The notes under the pieces were generated by a model. The model saw nothing but the letters and a program-made list of their open reading frames with translations. It was not told the DNA's origin and made no database searches. Source: Candidatus Eiseniibacteriota bacterium (GTDB lineage: Bacteria; Eisenbacteria; RBG-16-71-46). From it: a stretch of 64,000 bases of DNA. Positions within the stretch are counted from its first letter, which is position 1. Each line of letters opens with the position of its first letter. The stretch lies in contig JANLWX010000156.1 of NCBI GenBank assembly GCA_031364845.1, positions 1 through 64,000 on the forward strand, written 5' to 3'. The position numbers and the translations under genes are program-made. Shown here in pieces: positions 62,091-64,000 of this stretch.

Positions 62091-62576
62091 CTATTGGAGA
62101 TTCACCAACTCCACTTCGAAGATGAGCGTGGCGTTGGGGGGAATCTGGCCACCGCCGTATCCGGCCGCGCCGTAGCCGAGTTCGGAAGGAATCGTGAGCT
62201 TGCGCTTGCCGCCGATCTTCATGCCCTTGATGCCGAGGTCCCAGCCGCGGATGACCGAGCCGGCGCCGATCGTGAACGGATAGGGCCTTCCGCTGTTGAG
62301 CGAGCTGTCGAATTGCGTGCCGTCGGTAAGCCAGCCCGTGTAGTGGACCAGCGCCTTCATCCCGTTTTCCGCCACCGGACCCTCCCCGACTCGGAGGTCC
62401 TCGTACTTCAGTCCGCTCGGGAGCGTCACGACGCCTCCGCTCAGACCCGACGATCCGCCCGCCGGAGTCGATACGGCGCCGGGCGAGGACGAACTCGCGG
62501 TCCCACCCTGATTGGCGCCGCACCCCACGACACCCGCGAGCATGGCGATCGAGATAACTGAGAGAACCTGCTTCAT
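62091..62576 (-). CDS. FKBP-type PPIase lipoprotein
   Basis: Lipobox VVGC; VHYTGWLTDGTQFDSS; VIRGWD; IPPNATLIFEVEL. Confidence 0.95.
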   Translation of the reverse strand: MKQVLSVISIAMLAGVVGCGANQGGTASSSSPGAVSTPAGGSSGLSGGVVTLPSGLKYEDLRVGEGPVAENGMKALVHYTGWLTDGTQFDSSLNSGRPYPFTIGAGSVIRGWDLGIKGMKIGGKRKLTIPSELGYGAAGYGGGQIPPNATLIFEVELVNLQ

Positions 62577-62858
62577 CGGCATCACTCCTGGTCATTGGAT
62601 TGGGAGCGCGGAATACACGAGACGACCGGAGACCGCATCGATCTTGAAATTTTGCACGGTTTGGATTCGACTTCAAGCATGCGGGCATGCGCCCGCATTC
62701 GTCACTCCGAATCCCGCGCCGAATCGACCTCGGAAGCAACGGCCGCAGGCCGATGAACCCTGAAGGGCGCCACCGCCCTGCGATGGGGCCGGACCTGCGC
62801 CTGTGATAGTGTCCCGGCTGGGGATTTTCGTCGTGTCACGCTGAGGGCAAACTCGTCT

Positions 62859-64000
62859 GTGAGCATACTTTCCAGATTCTTGGTTGCTGCCGTGCCGCTG
62901 ATGGTCGCGATGGCCGTCCCGCAGTCCGCGACGGGGGATTCCGCCGACTCGCTCGCGACCCTCGACAGTCTTCTGACGCCGATCTCCGATCGGCACGCCG
63001 AGAACCGGCCGCCGATCGAGAGCGTGGCTCGCGGACTCGGACTCGAGAACGTCACCGTCGACCGCGCCGGCTCTCCGCGGAAGATCGCCTACGAGAACCG
63101 CCGCTTCCGCCACAGTGCCGATGCCTATGGATGGCTCGAGCGCGGCGGTGAGTCCTTTGTCGCCTACGAACGCCGGCTCGGCATGGTCGCCGCCGCCATC
63201 GAGCGCTCCGGCACCGGCCCTGATGCGAAGTTCGTGGTCCGCTACCCCAGTGATGCCGGCTACCGCCGCGCGCCACAAGGTCCCGTTCAGGATCCGACCT
63301 CCCACACGGTGGATGTGCTCGGAGGTCCGCTCGTCGGCTACGACCTCGGCCGGGTGACCGAGCCGATCCAGTTCCAGTATCAGAATGAGCTGACGGTGCG
63401 CTGGAATCCGTGGCCGGGATCGCGGCTCACCGGTTCGGTGGTGTTTCCGGTGTACAACGACTTCGTTCCCAATGATCTTCATCCGGACATCGACAACGTG
63501 CGGCCCGGGCTGATCACGATGGAGCAGTACGCCTGGATTCCGAAAGTGGCGCTCGCATCGGGTGGCGTGGGGGTCTTCGCCGACAACCGCTACGGCTTCT
63601 CGCTCGGACTCACGCGGCCGTTGTGGGAAGGCGCGGTGATGCTCGATGCGCAGACCGACTTCACGGGATTCGTCGCCTTCAACACCGATGCGATCGACTA
63701 CTCGTCTCTGGCCAACTGGAGCACCTACGGTGGCGTGATCTATCGGCCGCCGTTCCTCGACGTCTCCCTGCGCGCGCGCTACGCGCAGTTCCTCTACGGC
63801 GATCACGGGGCGGAAGTGGAGTTGCGCCGGTCGTTCGGGGACGTCGATCTTTCGTTTTCGCTCGTGAAGTCGAGCGGACTCTCGATCGAAGGTGTGCGCG
63901 TGACGCTGCCGGTTCCTCCGCTCACGCGCCCGACGCGGATGCCGGTCCGGGTGCTGCCGGTGGAACGCTTTCCCTTCAGTTTCCGCACCGATGCGACTCC
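62859..64000 (+). CDS. YjbH-like outer-membrane protein; truncated by window edge and absent from the ORF track
   Basis: Open frame from GTG 62859 to the end; signal peptide; GLENVTV...AYENRRFR; GVFADNRYG; QFLYGDHG...RRSFGDV. Confidence 0.75.
   Translation, partial: MSILSRFLVAAVPLMVAMAVPQSATGDSADSLATLDSLLTPISDRHAENRPPIESVARGLGLENVTVDRAGSPRKIAYENRRFRHSADAYGWLERGGESFVAYERRLGMVAAAIERSGTGPDAKFVVRYPSDAGYRRAPQGPVQDPTSHTVDVLGGPLVGYDLGRVTEPIQFQYQNELTVRWNPWPGSRLTGSVVFPVYNDFVPNDLHPDIDNVRPGLITMEQYAWIPKVALASGGVGVFADNRYGFSLGLTRPLWEGAVMLDAQTDFTGFVAFNTDAIDYSSLANWSTYGGVIYRPPFLDVSLRARYAQFLYGDHGAEVELRRSFGDVDLSFSLVKSSGLSIEGVRVTLPVPPLTRPTRMPVRVLPVERFPFSFRTDAT

Overview
High-GC bacterial chromosomal window with about 58 protein-coding genes and one tRNA-Leu(CAA). 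I found no rRNA, CRISPR array, integrase or transposase. TonB, outer-membrane beta-barrels and four secreted proteins with FlgD-Ig/T9SS-type C-terminal domains point to a diderm of the FCB-related group, possibly Ca. Eisenbacteria; this is inference, not demonstrated. Metabolic and housekeeping genes include pepF, aceK-icd, a PPi-type PFK, a GH13 enzyme, a multi-S1 protein and two FKBPs. Main observations: (1) about nine intergenic sigma-54 (-24/-12) promoter motifs feed two accessory modules, each with its own NtrC-family activator. (2) One module is a stress cluster (BON, YtxH, YoxC-like, lmo0937, DUF3185) carrying a sigma-region-2-only protein and a HisKA-only membrane protein; two of its promoters share a paired upstream palindrome. 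(3) A MenA1/MenT1-like nucleotidyltransferase toxin-antitoxin pair abuts the tRNA. (4) A sortase and its LPQTA substrate occur in an apparent diderm. (5) A secreted tandem-YHS-like gene has an in-frame UGA followed by a SECIS-like hairpin. (6) Three genes appear collapsed by internal deletions. All family calls come from motif recognition by eye, without database searches, and many start codons are estimates.
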